From Blastocatellia bacterium (GTDB lineage: Bacteria; Acidobacteriota; Blastocatellia; RBC074), in NCBI GenBank assembly GCA_044221525.1, contig JBGAPB010000001.1, positions 1,892 through 65,891 on the forward strand: a DNA stretch of 64,000 nt. Direction: 5' to 3'. Position numbers and translations under genes: made by a program. The notes under the pieces were generated by a model, which did no database searches, was not told the origin of the DNA, and saw nothing but the letters and a program-made list of their open reading frames with translations. Positions 10,549 to 19,785 of the stretch are shown in pieces. Each line of letters begins with the position of its first letter. The first letter of the stretch is position 1.

Positions 10549-10651
10549 AACCCTGCTTTAGTAACACGCATCGTCTGCGGCTGGCAAATTTGTCCTGATC
10601 GGCTACAATCCGCCCTCGGAAACTTAATTCAATGAACTCAGGAAGGTCTTT

Positions 10652-10972
10652 ATGGAAGCTTTGGGAATGATCGAATGTCATGGCCTTGTGGCGATGATCG
10701 AAGCCGCGGATGCAATGGTCAAAGCCGCCAACGTCAAATTGGTAGGCTGGGAAAAAGTTGATGCCGGGCTGGTTACCGCCATCGTGCGCGGCGAAGTTGG
10801 CGCGGTTAAAGCCGCAGTCGAAGCAGGAGCCGCCGCCGGTCGCAGAGTCGGCGAAGTGGTTACCACCCACATCATCCCGCGCCCTCACGGCGAAGTTGAT
10901 GAAGGCTTGCCCGTGTTGCATACCGGTGAAACCACGCGAAAGCCGATCAGTGGATCAGTCAACCCATCCTGA
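10652..10972 (+). CDS. Bacterial microcompartment shell protein, BMC-H (PduA/EutM/CcmK family)
   Basis: [79 protein letters not shown] is a near-canonical BMC domain. Confidence 0.8.
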   Translation: MEALGMIECHGLVAMIEAADAMVKAANVKLVGWEKVDAGLVTAIVRGEVGAVKAAVEAGAAAGRRVGEVVTTHIIPRPHGEVDEGLPVLHTGETTRKPISGSVNPS

Positions 10973-11099
10973 TCGGCTTGTTTGATGTGGTGCTCTCTTG
11001 TTTGTGTAATTGTAGGCTGGCCAATGCTTGAGATAGCGTGTCTTCGCTAATTGCCCGGTAACCGACCACGAACAAAAGGCAAACCAGAGTCTTCGACTA

Positions 11100-11375
11100 C
11101 TAAGCAGTGCGGAAAATGCCTATTTTCAGAAGGCTTTCCACGTCATTTGCCTCAACAATATTCAACGGCCGGTCGCCTGAAAAAAAGTATCGTTTTCTTG
11201 ATGCTAACCCACGCACCACAATCGGTTTTTCCTGAAGATAACGCAGGCGCGTCTTATCAGTAGAGCCAGATTGCTCTGGCTTTGAATCGCTTGTAGTAGG
11301 CTGAGATGGGCTAACCGTTGTCGTTTGTGCTTCCGCGCTCTTGAGCGCTTGTCGTTTCTGGCCGCAACAACTCAT
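11100..11375 (-). CDS. Hypothetical small protein
   Basis: ORF with GGAGAGG SD 5 nt before the second ATG (MSCCGQ…); overlaps the 3' end of the DUF1360 gene by about 65 nt in another frame. Confidence 0.25.
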   Translation of the reverse strand: MSCCGQKRQALKSAEAQTTTVSPSQPTTSDSKPEQSGSTDKTRLRYLQEKPIVVRGLASRKRYFFSGDRPLNIVEANDVESLLKIGIFRTA

Positions 11376-11727
11376 ATTGAACCTCTCCATTTTGAAAATC
11401 GGAAATTGGTTGAATCACCGCAGATTCCTGGCTGATGCGTTCTAAAAGGCAAGCTGCGCCTGAAATGGCGAGCAAGACAAATAGCAATTCCACTGGCTGT
11501 CTCGTGACATAAAAAGCCATGGGCGCTGCCACCCATAAGCTCAGGCATTTGAAGCAATCCATCAGCTTGCCCCAAAACCCTTCACCTAACCACAGTCGGA
11601 AACGAAAAACGACATCCCCAGGACCATCCTCCTTGGAGAATAGATGAGTAAGTCGCCATGTTGCGAGGACTGCCAAAATAAAGTTAATTGCTGTCACTTT
11701 TTCGGGCATCAGCAGGTCTTGTGGCAA
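11311..11727 (-). CDS. DUF1360-like small membrane protein
   Basis: WRLTHLF…DGPGDV… and DCFKCLSLWVA motifs with two TM helices. Confidence 0.55.
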   Translation of the reverse strand: MPQDLLMPEKVTAINFILAVLATWRLTHLFSKEDGPGDVVFRFRLWLGEGFWGKLMDCFKCLSLWVAAPMAFYVTRQPVELLFVLLAISGAACLLERISQESAVIQPISDFQNGEVQYELLRPETTSAQERGSTNDNG

Positions 11728-11858
11728 TAAACAAAACTATACAAAACAGGCTGATCCTAACGGTTTGGAATGATACCGTTAGGACAGCCAAGAGCGCTTG
11801 CCTTACTGTTGGTGCTGGTGAAAAATCCTTTCTAAGACCTACCAGCACCAATGGTTGT

Positions 11859-12323
11859 TTACGGCATAACGTAAATGCATGGGCCTTTGCAGTAAGCGCC
11901 AATGCCAATAGGTTTGCCATTGCAATCAAGGAATGCTGCCGTGATGCAAAGGCAATACAAGTCACCACAATCTTGAGGTGAGTCCGGGCATTTGAAGCAG
12001 TCTGAGGGGAAGTTAAATGTGACCGACGGTTTGTCGTTATTACACAGATTGAAATCAATCGTCTGACACTTTTTACCTTCCGGCGCGTTACCGCAAGATT
12101 CCCAAGCGAGACATACACAGATCTTACCGCACAACAATCGTTTGAGATCGCTGCTGCCGGAAAAATCAAATGTGATGGTCGCCGAGGACGCCTCGTTACA
12201 ACGGATGATGGTGGATGGCTCACGACCGGTTCCTGCAAAGAAATCGGCCTTGAGTGAAGCTTTGAGATCAACACACATTTGTGGCGGAAACTCAAGATCG
12301 CATTCGAACGGTACCATGGACAT
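11859..12323 (-). CDS. Cysteine-rich protein (17 Cys in 154 aa), no signal peptide, unknown function
   Basis: Strong AAGGAGG SD 7 nt upstream of ATG; the overlapping 203-aa ORF in another frame is Arg-rich and looks spurious. Confidence 0.5.
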   Translation of the reverse strand: MSMVPFECDLEFPPQMCVDLKASLKADFFAGTGREPSTIIRCNEASSATITFDFSGSSDLKRLLCGKICVCLAWESCGNAPEGKKCQTIDFNLCNNDKPSVTFNFPSDCFKCPDSPQDCGDLYCLCITAAFLDCNGKPIGIGAYCKGPCIYVMP

Positions 12324-12629
12324 TTTCAGACCTCCTTAAGGATGATTAAAGGTTTTCCTGGCAAAATGAGTTTGTTACTTTCAATATGCCAAGGCTGTCG
12401 CAAGTCCGACATATGACTTGACGAAAAGAACTATAAGGAAGCCCGATTAGGCCGTAGTTTATTGTTACTTAATTCAAAAATTTTTTTGATTAAGCAAAAC
12501 ATCGTAGCGATCAATTTTTCTGAAGTGATTTGTAGTGCGTAGGTTTGAGCCTGATTACAAAGAGCTAAAATCCCATTGATATAGCTGAATAAACAGCAAT
12601 CTCCATTCAGTGATTTTACAATTACCAGA

Positions 12630-13631
12630 TCAAAGGACTTGAAGTAGTGGCACCTCAATATGATTCCAGATTGGTTGAACGTCCCGGATAGTAGTAAGAA
12701 TTCTAAGTTGATAGGTTCCAGGTGGGAGTGTAATTGGAGCTAGGTTGGCCATATAAAAAAATTCGTTTTCTTCCAGGGAATCTGGCTGTGAGGCACCAAG
12801 CCGAATGGGTGTATAGGTCAATAAATTGATTGCATGGAAGACCGCACCAAATTCCAAGCTTTTCTTTGTTGCCTTGGCCGCTCCCAAGCCAGTAACTTGA
12901 AAGGAGGCAGTAAGCGAAAACGGTTCCTCTGCTTTTATATACCCCGAAACGGCATGGTGTTGAGTAAAAAGTTCTTGTGGTTGATTAGTCGAAGGTGGCT
13001 GTAGCACCTGAATTCCAGTGATCTCAATGTTTACCGGTGATGATACTGCCGAAACCTCAGTAGAGAGAGCTTCCGTAACAGGTGAATCTTCTTCAGGAGT
13101 AGTTGTTACTTTTTTGCCCAATCGCTTCAACATCCATTTGCAGGCTTCATCGGTTTCAATCCCCGGCCAGCTTGCCTGTTCTTCGGTTTCCATGTGCTGA
13201 ATGCCGGTACGATGCTCTACCTTGGTGCGTTTTTCCTCCTTGCCGCCGACATTTTTGCGCTCGAAACAAACCACGAAATTGGCAAAATCACTCCATTCTT
13301 TTGTCGTCTTGGGTGCGGCGGAAACTTTTTCCGGTTTTGCTTTTGTTGGCGGAGTACTTTCTGGTGCTGATGCTGAGGATTCTTCCGCCAATTCTCTGGC
13401 GCGAGCAAGAATCGGTTCAAGCTCTTCGATTGATATAACTTCACCTGTTTGTTTGCCGCGCGCTCGGATTTTTTGAGCTGACAGCTTTGCAAGATCGGCA
13501 AAGGTATATACCTTCAATGATTCTCGTAACCATTGTTCCAGGGCTTTGCTGACGCCAGGAATGATGGTGAGATTGTCGGTTTTCTGAAGGTCTTCTTGTG
13601 GCGGAATATCGCTTTTTGGGTTGGTTGCCAT
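12630..13631 (-). CDS. Hypothetical protein: HhH-like N-terminus, acidic Ser/Pro linker, beta-rich C-terminal domain
   Basis: GGAGAGA SD; N-terminal IIPGVSKALEQWL…FADLAKLSAQKI is helix-hairpin-helix-like. Confidence 0.5.
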   Translation of the reverse strand: MATNPKSDIPPQEDLQKTDNLTIIPGVSKALEQWLRESLKVYTFADLAKLSAQKIRARGKQTGEVISIEELEPILARARELAEESSASAPESTPPTKAKPEKVSAAPKTTKEWSDFANFVVCFERKNVGGKEEKRTKVEHRTGIQHMETEEQASWPGIETDEACKWMLKRLGKKVTTTPEEDSPVTEALSTEVSAVSSPVNIEITGIQVLQPPSTNQPQELFTQHHAVSGYIKAEEPFSLTASFQVTGLGAAKATKKSLEFGAVFHAINLLTYTPIRLGASQPDSLEENEFFYMANLAPITLPPGTYQLRILTTIRDVQPIWNHIEVPLLQVL

Positions 13632-13781
13632 GGTTCTCTCTCCGGGTTTTGTATAAAAGGATGCGAAGTCTTTACTTTCTGGTGATTACCAGAAGCTTCA
13701 CATGGCAGTAGCATGCTGCTTAAGGCTTAATTAGCGGTGAGGATGCACTATAGCAATTTGACGAGTGAAATTAATTGACCA

Positions 13782-15131
13782 CTAAGCAGATTGCCTGCGT
13801 CTGATTTCGTCGAATAATTGCATGGTTTCTTTGCTTGGCATTATGTTGAGGTCGCGAATCAGGTTTTCGCGGCAATTATGGAATTGACGCAGCGCCAAGT
13901 GCGCATATCCCATCAAGTTGTAACATTGCATTAGCCGACGATGTAGCTCTTCGTTACAGGAATCCACAGCCAGCGCTTTGGAGCACATGGTTACGCACGT
14001 TTCGTAATTTTTCTGATCGAAGTAATAGCAGGACAGGCGATTCATCACGGCCAAATATGTGTCCTGATAGTTTTGTCTGATTGAAACCAGCCATTCCTCA
14101 TAACGATCCTCGACTAAAAACTCGCCCTGATAAATTGTTTCAGCCGCACGATATTCACGAATTGCCGCAGCCTGTTCTCCACGCGCCTCGCATTCTTTTG
14201 CCTTTTGAACGTGTGTTAAAAATGCTTCGGAATCAACCCAAATGTTGGCTTCCGGGTTGAGCAGATAACAGTCATCCTGAAATAGCACATAAGAAAAAGA
14301 GGTATTCACCTTGTTAAGTGATTTGCGCAGGCCATAGATAGCCACATTCAAATTGTTCCTGGCGGCGTCCGGGTCTCCTTCTGGCCAGAAGGCTTCCATT
14401 AAGACTTCTTTGGGAATGGGGCGTTGGCGATGTGTCACCAGATATTTGAAGATTGACTTACCCTTGCAATTTGGCCAGCCAATCACCGGTTGCTCGTCAA
14501 GAAGCACGCGGAATGGGCTTAGAAAGTAAACGGCGAGTGATGGGCGATTTATGGATTGGCTGTCGTCCGTCTCTTCGATGAATGTATCAGGTGTTTCAGT
14601 GTTGGCATTGGCAACCTGAACCACTGGTTGTTCGACGGCTCTTTCCACAACTGGTTTAGGGATTGGTGAAAAAGTTTTTGAATTTGGTGCAGGCCCCAGC
14701 AGGTCCTTAATACACTGCACAAGCCGTTCATACTTGGCAAGGTTGGCATTGAAAGGCTGGCTCAGGTCATTGTTGGAGCCATGAAGTAGATACTTATTGT
14801 TTTTGCCTCCTTCAGTTGGAGGGCTGATCATCTCGATTAGGGCATTGAGTTCCTGTAACAACTTAAGTTGTCGAAGGCTTGCTTTGGAATAAGCATCTCT
14901 GTGCCACTCGACTTCATCCCAGGCGCAACAACAAGCTCTGGATATCCGATAGGCTGCATCAATCATGCAAGCCAGGGATTCATTTCCTGAAAGTTCGCAA
15001 CTTGAACGAACTTCGTTAAGAAGTTCCGCGATGGCTTCATAGCGATAAGTTTTCGGCGCTTCTTCGTCCTTATGTCGCTGCAACGAAGTTTCAATGGTTG
15101 AGTCGGGGGGAATGTTATCTATGGCTATCAT
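13782..15131 (-). CDS. SARP-family (OmpR-like winged helix plus BTAD) transcriptional regulator with about 200-aa unknown N-terminal domain
   Basis: FRVLLDEQPV…LMEAFWPEGDPDAARNNLNVAIYGLRKSL winged helix, followed by a BTAD-like helical repeat region. Confidence 0.65.
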   Translation of the reverse strand: MIAIDNIPPDSTIETSLQRHKDEEAPKTYRYEAIAELLNEVRSSCELSGNESLACMIDAAYRISRACCCAWDEVEWHRDAYSKASLRQLKLLQELNALIEMISPPTEGGKNNKYLLHGSNNDLSQPFNANLAKYERLVQCIKDLLGPAPNSKTFSPIPKPVVERAVEQPVVQVANANTETPDTFIEETDDSQSINRPSLAVYFLSPFRVLLDEQPVIGWPNCKGKSIFKYLVTHRQRPIPKEVLMEAFWPEGDPDAARNNLNVAIYGLRKSLNKVNTSFSYVLFQDDCYLLNPEANIWVDSEAFLTHVQKAKECEARGEQAAAIREYRAAETIYQGEFLVEDRYEEWLVSIRQNYQDTYLAVMNRLSCYYFDQKNYETCVTMCSKALAVDSCNEELHRRLMQCYNLMGYAHLALRQFHNCRENLIRDLNIMPSKETMQLFDEIRRRQSA

Positions 15132-15622
15132 GGCTAAAACTCTTTTCTCAACTTATCTCGCAAAAAGAGGCAACACAGAATTAGTCGAACTTTCATGGGC
15201 TTGTGGTCTTTGCTCGAGCTTGATCTAAAAAAAGGATCAAGCGAGGGTGAACACTAAAAGATCGAATACCTTCTTTAAGGATAACTGGCTAACTCTGTGA
15301 TTGTCGTGCAATTGGTCAGAACTACAGGCGCGCTTGACCAAATGCTGATGGCCGAATGACGAGGACTGATCAATCGGAGAAAACTGTGATATTGGGCAAC
15401 TTAAACTTTGCGTTTGATCGCCAGTTTATGGCGTAGACTGAAAAAAACTGGCCGATCAACAACGGCTGAATTACTTCTTTATTATCGTGTCACTGGGAAA
15501 ATTCTTTAGCTGAGTCCCCCGGCGGCGGCTAATACTACAACGCTCTGTCACTTCAGCCAAAACGAAAAGACAATCTAGAAGTAAAAACTTTCGAGCTGGG
15601 CTTTCAAAAACCGAGCGGCAAT

Positions 15623-15671
15623 CAAAGATAAAGACGGTAACAGAGACTCTCTATTACCGTCTTTATCTTTG
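15623..15671 (-). terminator. Perfect 18-bp-stem hairpin 18 nt downstream of the patatin gene stop
   Basis: caaagataaagacggtaa cagagactctcta ttaccgtctttatctttg. Confidence 0.45.
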
Positions 15672-15688
15672 CGCCGATTTGGTTCGGC

Positions 15689-18600
15689 TTACCCTGTATC
15701 ACCTTCTATGCCGCTCATGGCTTCGTTGTTGATTGGCGGCTTATCTTCGATTCCGAAGTTCTTCTTCATGCGATCAAACAAATCTGTCAGGTCTTTCACA
15801 TCCTTCTTGCCTATGATTTTTTCAACGGCGGTTTCGCCAAGAGAGCGATAGCTCTCGAATTGCGATTCGCTGTACATCTGATCGCCAGTGGTTTCGTGGG
15901 GGAAGGTCGGGTTGTCTTTGGCATAGTTCAGTATATCTGGCGCTTCGGAACCATAGACTGTCGGTTTGATGTAAAGCAGCCAGCCGTTTACAGCTTCTTC
16001 GCCATCAACCGCCTTGTAATTGATTCGGGCCACCGAGCAGTATTGGCCATCGTCACTGCGCCCATCTTTGGTGAACAGCGACTCTGCTTTTATCCGTGGG
16101 CGGATTTTCAGTCTGTCATCGAACTCAATTGGCACGCCTTGATCAATTTGAATCTTCCTGATGGCGCCGCCCAAATCCTCAAAGCTGAAATCGTGGTCGG
16201 CGCTGGCGTCGCTCAGAACGATCAGGTGGCAACGGCGGCGAACCATTTCGTAAAGCCCAAGGTTTTCAAAATGCCCGCCATCCGAAAGATATATGTATTT
16301 GTGTTCGGCATCAGTCAAACCAAATGTTTCCGCCAGCAGATGAATTGGCGCAAAGCGAGGGCTTGAACGCTTGAATTGTTCTTTGCGTGGATTGCCCAGC
16401 CACCAGCCCAAGCGCACGTTGAACAGCGCCAGCAGAAAGGTGACCACTGGCGAAGAGTGATACCCCATGTTGGGACTGGCCGCCGCGCCGGAAATAGCCA
16501 GACAGGTTCCCAGTGAGATTGGTGGTGGGCCAGTTATGTCTGTAGCTCTGCCGCAACCATATTTTTCAGTCGGGCGATAACCAACCAGGCGGCTTCCAGC
16601 GTGTAGCGGAGAGAATGTGAAGGATTCGGCCTTGCGATCTTGCCAGGCCAGATTGCTGTCGGCCACCAAATTAAGCGCGGTGTTAATGACATGCAGAGGA
16701 TGCTGCAACGATGGGCTGATTTTCGATTCGCGCAGCCAGAACATTCTCAAGTTGTCGTCTTCGTCAAAGTTTGTAAATGGGTCTGGCCTCCGTTTGCCGT
16801 TTGTTCTTGAAGCCCCCAGGTAGGCACGAATCAACCGGTCGCGGTAAGCGCCGTGAAGCGAAAACTTGTTGATGTTGATAAACCAACCCGCTATTCCTCC
16901 AAAGGCCATCAGGACAATCGCGGCCAGCACCACAATGTGAGTCGGTGTGTGGTAAAGAACATTCAAGTGCCAGTTTCCGGCAACTGGAAACTGATCGTAC
17001 TTAGGCAAGTAATTCAGGTCGAAAGTGCCCAGTTTTAACAGCCAGTAATTGCCGGTCAGAACTTTGATTGCCAGATTTATCAATTCGCTCCCAGCCGCCA
17101 GTTTTTCCAATATGAACCGAAACATCCAACTGGTCACCAGCGAAAGTGAAACCAGAATGAATGCTGAAAACAAGGGTGCGGCAAAAGGCAACAATGCCTG
17201 GATCAAGTTTTCAGTCTGACTTGGTTTGTGGCCAGAGGCCTGTTTGTTTGCTGCGGTCTTGCCGCTCCACCCGCCCAGCAAAGTCAGCAGACCGGTCAAG
17301 GTGCCAATAGAAAAGAACGATCCTTTCACCATCGGCCCGTATTTGAGCAATAACCAAGGGCCGAAAATCACCAACGATCCGACCACGCTCCAAACCACAA
17401 TTGCTATCAATATCCAGGCGCCAGACCTTGCCAGCCATTCACGATCTGCGTCAGTCATAAAATCGCTGGCCAACCCTGTGTACATTGTTGCGGCAAGCAA
17501 AAGCACCAGCATGAAAAGTGGCGTCGCAAAGCAAACATAAGTCGCGGCATTTAGTGTAAGTGAGTCAAGATAGCCACCGGCCACTTTGGCAGACGGCTCC
17601 CCATATAGCGCCATACCTTCAAAAAAATCATGTTGACCAATGGCAACCGGCGGGAAGATAAAGATTTTTTTGGCGACAAGCCATAAGAAAGCTCCGCCAA
17701 CTGCACCGGTGATTGTGATGTAAAAAACATCCAGCCAACGAAACAGCTTTGATTTAATCGAACGGGCCAAGACCCAAAGCCTGGTTGAGAAGGATTTTTT
17801 TTCACTCAATTCGCTTTCATTGATGCACAGCAGTGAGAGCAGAAAACCTCCGAGATGCAACAGCACGCCGAAGCAGATAAAAATCCAAAACCAGTTCACT
17901 TTCTGGCACCAGCCAGTTTGACATCCGGGCAGATGCGCTCTCAGTTTGGTTTCGCTGACGTGAATCCACGCCCAGTGAATCGCGCTGGTGACGGAAACCG
18001 CCAAAAAAGGAAGTAGACACAAAATGACAAACCAGCTATCACCCAGAGGCACTGGCCAGATTCCAAGAAATTTTTGCCGGCTGCCAGATGTCGCTTTTGA
18101 TCCGGAACCAGGTCGGCAAACGATGACATAAGCAATCGGCAGGGTTCCGCAAGAAACACCCAGCCAAAATAAAATTTTGAATAGTGAATCGCTTGCACCG
18201 GCCCAATGGGCGACCGACATTCCCAAACGCGGAATTACCAGCATCCCCATCAGTAATGGCAATAACACCGACCAGTTCAACAGCAAATTGCGTAAAAATG
18301 TAGCCACCAGCGACCAGGTATCAGCCGACAATAAGCCTAACTTAGGGCTCATATAATTGCTGTATTGACGCAGGTGCGTGATTGGCTCAGGTTCGGGATT
18401 GAGCGCCGACTTGGGCTTGTTGGCGCCGGATGGTTTGCCGGATGTCGCCAGCGCGTTTTCGACGTTATCAACGCCTTGGTGGTAAATCCAGGCCGAAAGC
18501 CAACTGCCGATATATCCTCCGCCTGAAACAGTTGAAAGAAAGTTGAACTCTCTCAGTTTGACGCCCCGTCCGGTCAGCCCCTGTAAAACTCCCAGAGCAA

Positions 18601-18973
18601 AAGTTGCGCTGCGAATACCTCCGCCAGAAAAGCAGAGTGCGGTGCGTTTGATTTTGTGATGATGCAGAGCCTGATAAAAACTATTGGCCAGTTCGCCGGT
18701 TTTCTTCTCAAGATATCTGTGCTGCTCAACCGGCGAAGAAAATTCCTTCAGAGCTGTTTCTTCAAACTCCCTGCATATCTGCTCGATCTCGCCGGTGGTA
18801 AAAGTGATCTGACGACCAGATAGGTCACCGGTTAGCTTTTCTGGCCATGAAGGATTCAATCGTCGTTGATGCTCGAACTCTGCAACTAAAATTTCGACGA
18901 GTGTCAGCGGACGCCCGTCGGTTTCTTGCTGGCGATTGCTGGTTTGCTGATAGCTTTTTGTTTGGGGTTCCAT
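15689..18973 (-). CDS. Patatin-like phospholipase fused to a large polytopic membrane domain (1094 aa)
   Basis: CFSGGGIRSATFALGVL (GGGxR oxyanion hole) near the N-terminus, DGGHFENLGL catalytic Asp motif near the C-terminus; more than 10 predicted TM helices between. Confidence 0.8.
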   Translation of the reverse strand: MEPQTKSYQQTSNRQQETDGRPLTLVEILVAEFEHQRRLNPSWPEKLTGDLSGRQITFTTGEIEQICREFEETALKEFSSPVEQHRYLEKKTGELANSFYQALHHHKIKRTALCFSGGGIRSATFALGVLQGLTGRGVKLREFNFLSTVSGGGYIGSWLSAWIYHQGVDNVENALATSGKPSGANKPKSALNPEPEPITHLRQYSNYMSPKLGLLSADTWSLVATFLRNLLLNWSVLLPLLMGMLVIPRLGMSVAHWAGASDSLFKILFWLGVSCGTLPIAYVIVCRPGSGSKATSGSRQKFLGIWPVPLGDSWFVILCLLPFLAVSVTSAIHWAWIHVSETKLRAHLPGCQTGWCQKVNWFWIFICFGVLLHLGGFLLSLLCINESELSEKKSFSTRLWVLARSIKSKLFRWLDVFYITITGAVGGAFLWLVAKKIFIFPPVAIGQHDFFEGMALYGEPSAKVAGGYLDSLTLNAATYVCFATPLFMLVLLLAATMYTGLASDFMTDADREWLARSGAWILIAIVVWSVVGSLVIFGPWLLLKYGPMVKGSFFSIGTLTGLLTLLGGWSGKTAANKQASGHKPSQTENLIQALLPFAAPLFSAFILVSLSLVTSWMFRFILEKLAAGSELINLAIKVLTGNYWLLKLGTFDLNYLPKYDQFPVAGNWHLNVLYHTPTHIVVLAAIVLMAFGGIAGWFININKFSLHGAYRDRLIRAYLGASRTNGKRRPDPFTNFDEDDNLRMFWLRESKISPSLQHPLHVINTALNLVADSNLAWQDRKAESFTFSPLHAGSRLVGYRPTEKYGCGRATDITGPPPISLGTCLAISGAAASPNMGYHSSPVVTFLLALFNVRLGWWLGNPRKEQFKRSSPRFAPIHLLAETFGLTDAEHKYIYLSDGGHFENLGLYEMVRRRCHLIVLSDASADHDFSFEDLGGAIRKIQIDQGVPIEFDDRLKIRPRIKAESLFTKDGRSDDGQYCSVARINYKAVDGEEAVNGWLLYIKPTVYGSEAPDILNYAKDNPTFPHETTGDQMYSESQFESYRSLGETAVEKIIGKKDVKDLTDLFDRMKKNFGIEDKPPINNEAMSGIEGDTG

Positions 18974-19785
18974 AATCAGTTGAGCGTTGAGTCTTCTTGT
19001 TTCCTTTTCAAAAGGCTAATGTCTCAATATTAGATGATGATCTAGTCAAATTTAGCGAAGCGCTGAGAGGGTAATGAAAACTAAAAAGTGACTAGAGCTT
19101 GTATTTAAGCAAGAAAGCAGGCTGTTTCTGCAATTTGTCAGCCAGATTCCGCCTCTCTTTCGGCATCAGGCAGTAGTTGAGATGTCTTTATCATTTGCTA
19201 GGTAATCATCGTTGCACTCCCAGGAGAAAGTATTGTGTATGGCTTCGGTATAATCTGGAAAATAGTTCGTTTGACTGATAAGGCAATGGCAAATGTAGTC
19301 CAATTGTTATGCAAGCGTCAATTTTTTTGGCGGAGAGTTTGAATTTCTTTTGGTCGCTGAGATTGCCGTTCTCCGGCTTGCGCCTCTGGAATTGATAATG
19401 TAGCATCTCGGCCATCATCGAGCATCAGTAATGAGCTGTGATCGCTGAGGCGCTAAAACACTTCTAGCGCCGTTGCAGATTCCCGCAAAAGTTCCTACGT
19501 TGATCTTCATAGTGGGGAGAAATCTCATCTCTGAACGAAAGGTTCAGAGGCAAGGACACCTAATTCTCAATCTAGTCTTTTGATTGAGCGTCAATCGTCG
19601 GCAATGCTGCGCCTACTTCGGCTGTGCTTAATTGCCTGGAAATAAACCTGAGCGGATAAACTGCTTCAACAATCAATGCTTGACTTGTCGCTGAGGCTCC
19701 AACTTTTGAAAGCAGCCAGTCCGCACTGCTTTCAAAGCCAATTTACCGCATTTGCCCCTGCGCATCTGCACTAAGGAGAAAGAAA

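Noticed and set aside
11684-12295. 203-aa minus ORF overlapping the Cys-rich gene
   Set aside because: It has an Arg-rich low-complexity translation, no SD and no recognisable features. The alternative frame has a strong SD and a coherent Cys pattern.
12431-12658. 75-aa minus ORF in the AT-rich intergenic region
   Set aside because: It sits in a likely promoter region, has no SD, and its codon usage is atypical.
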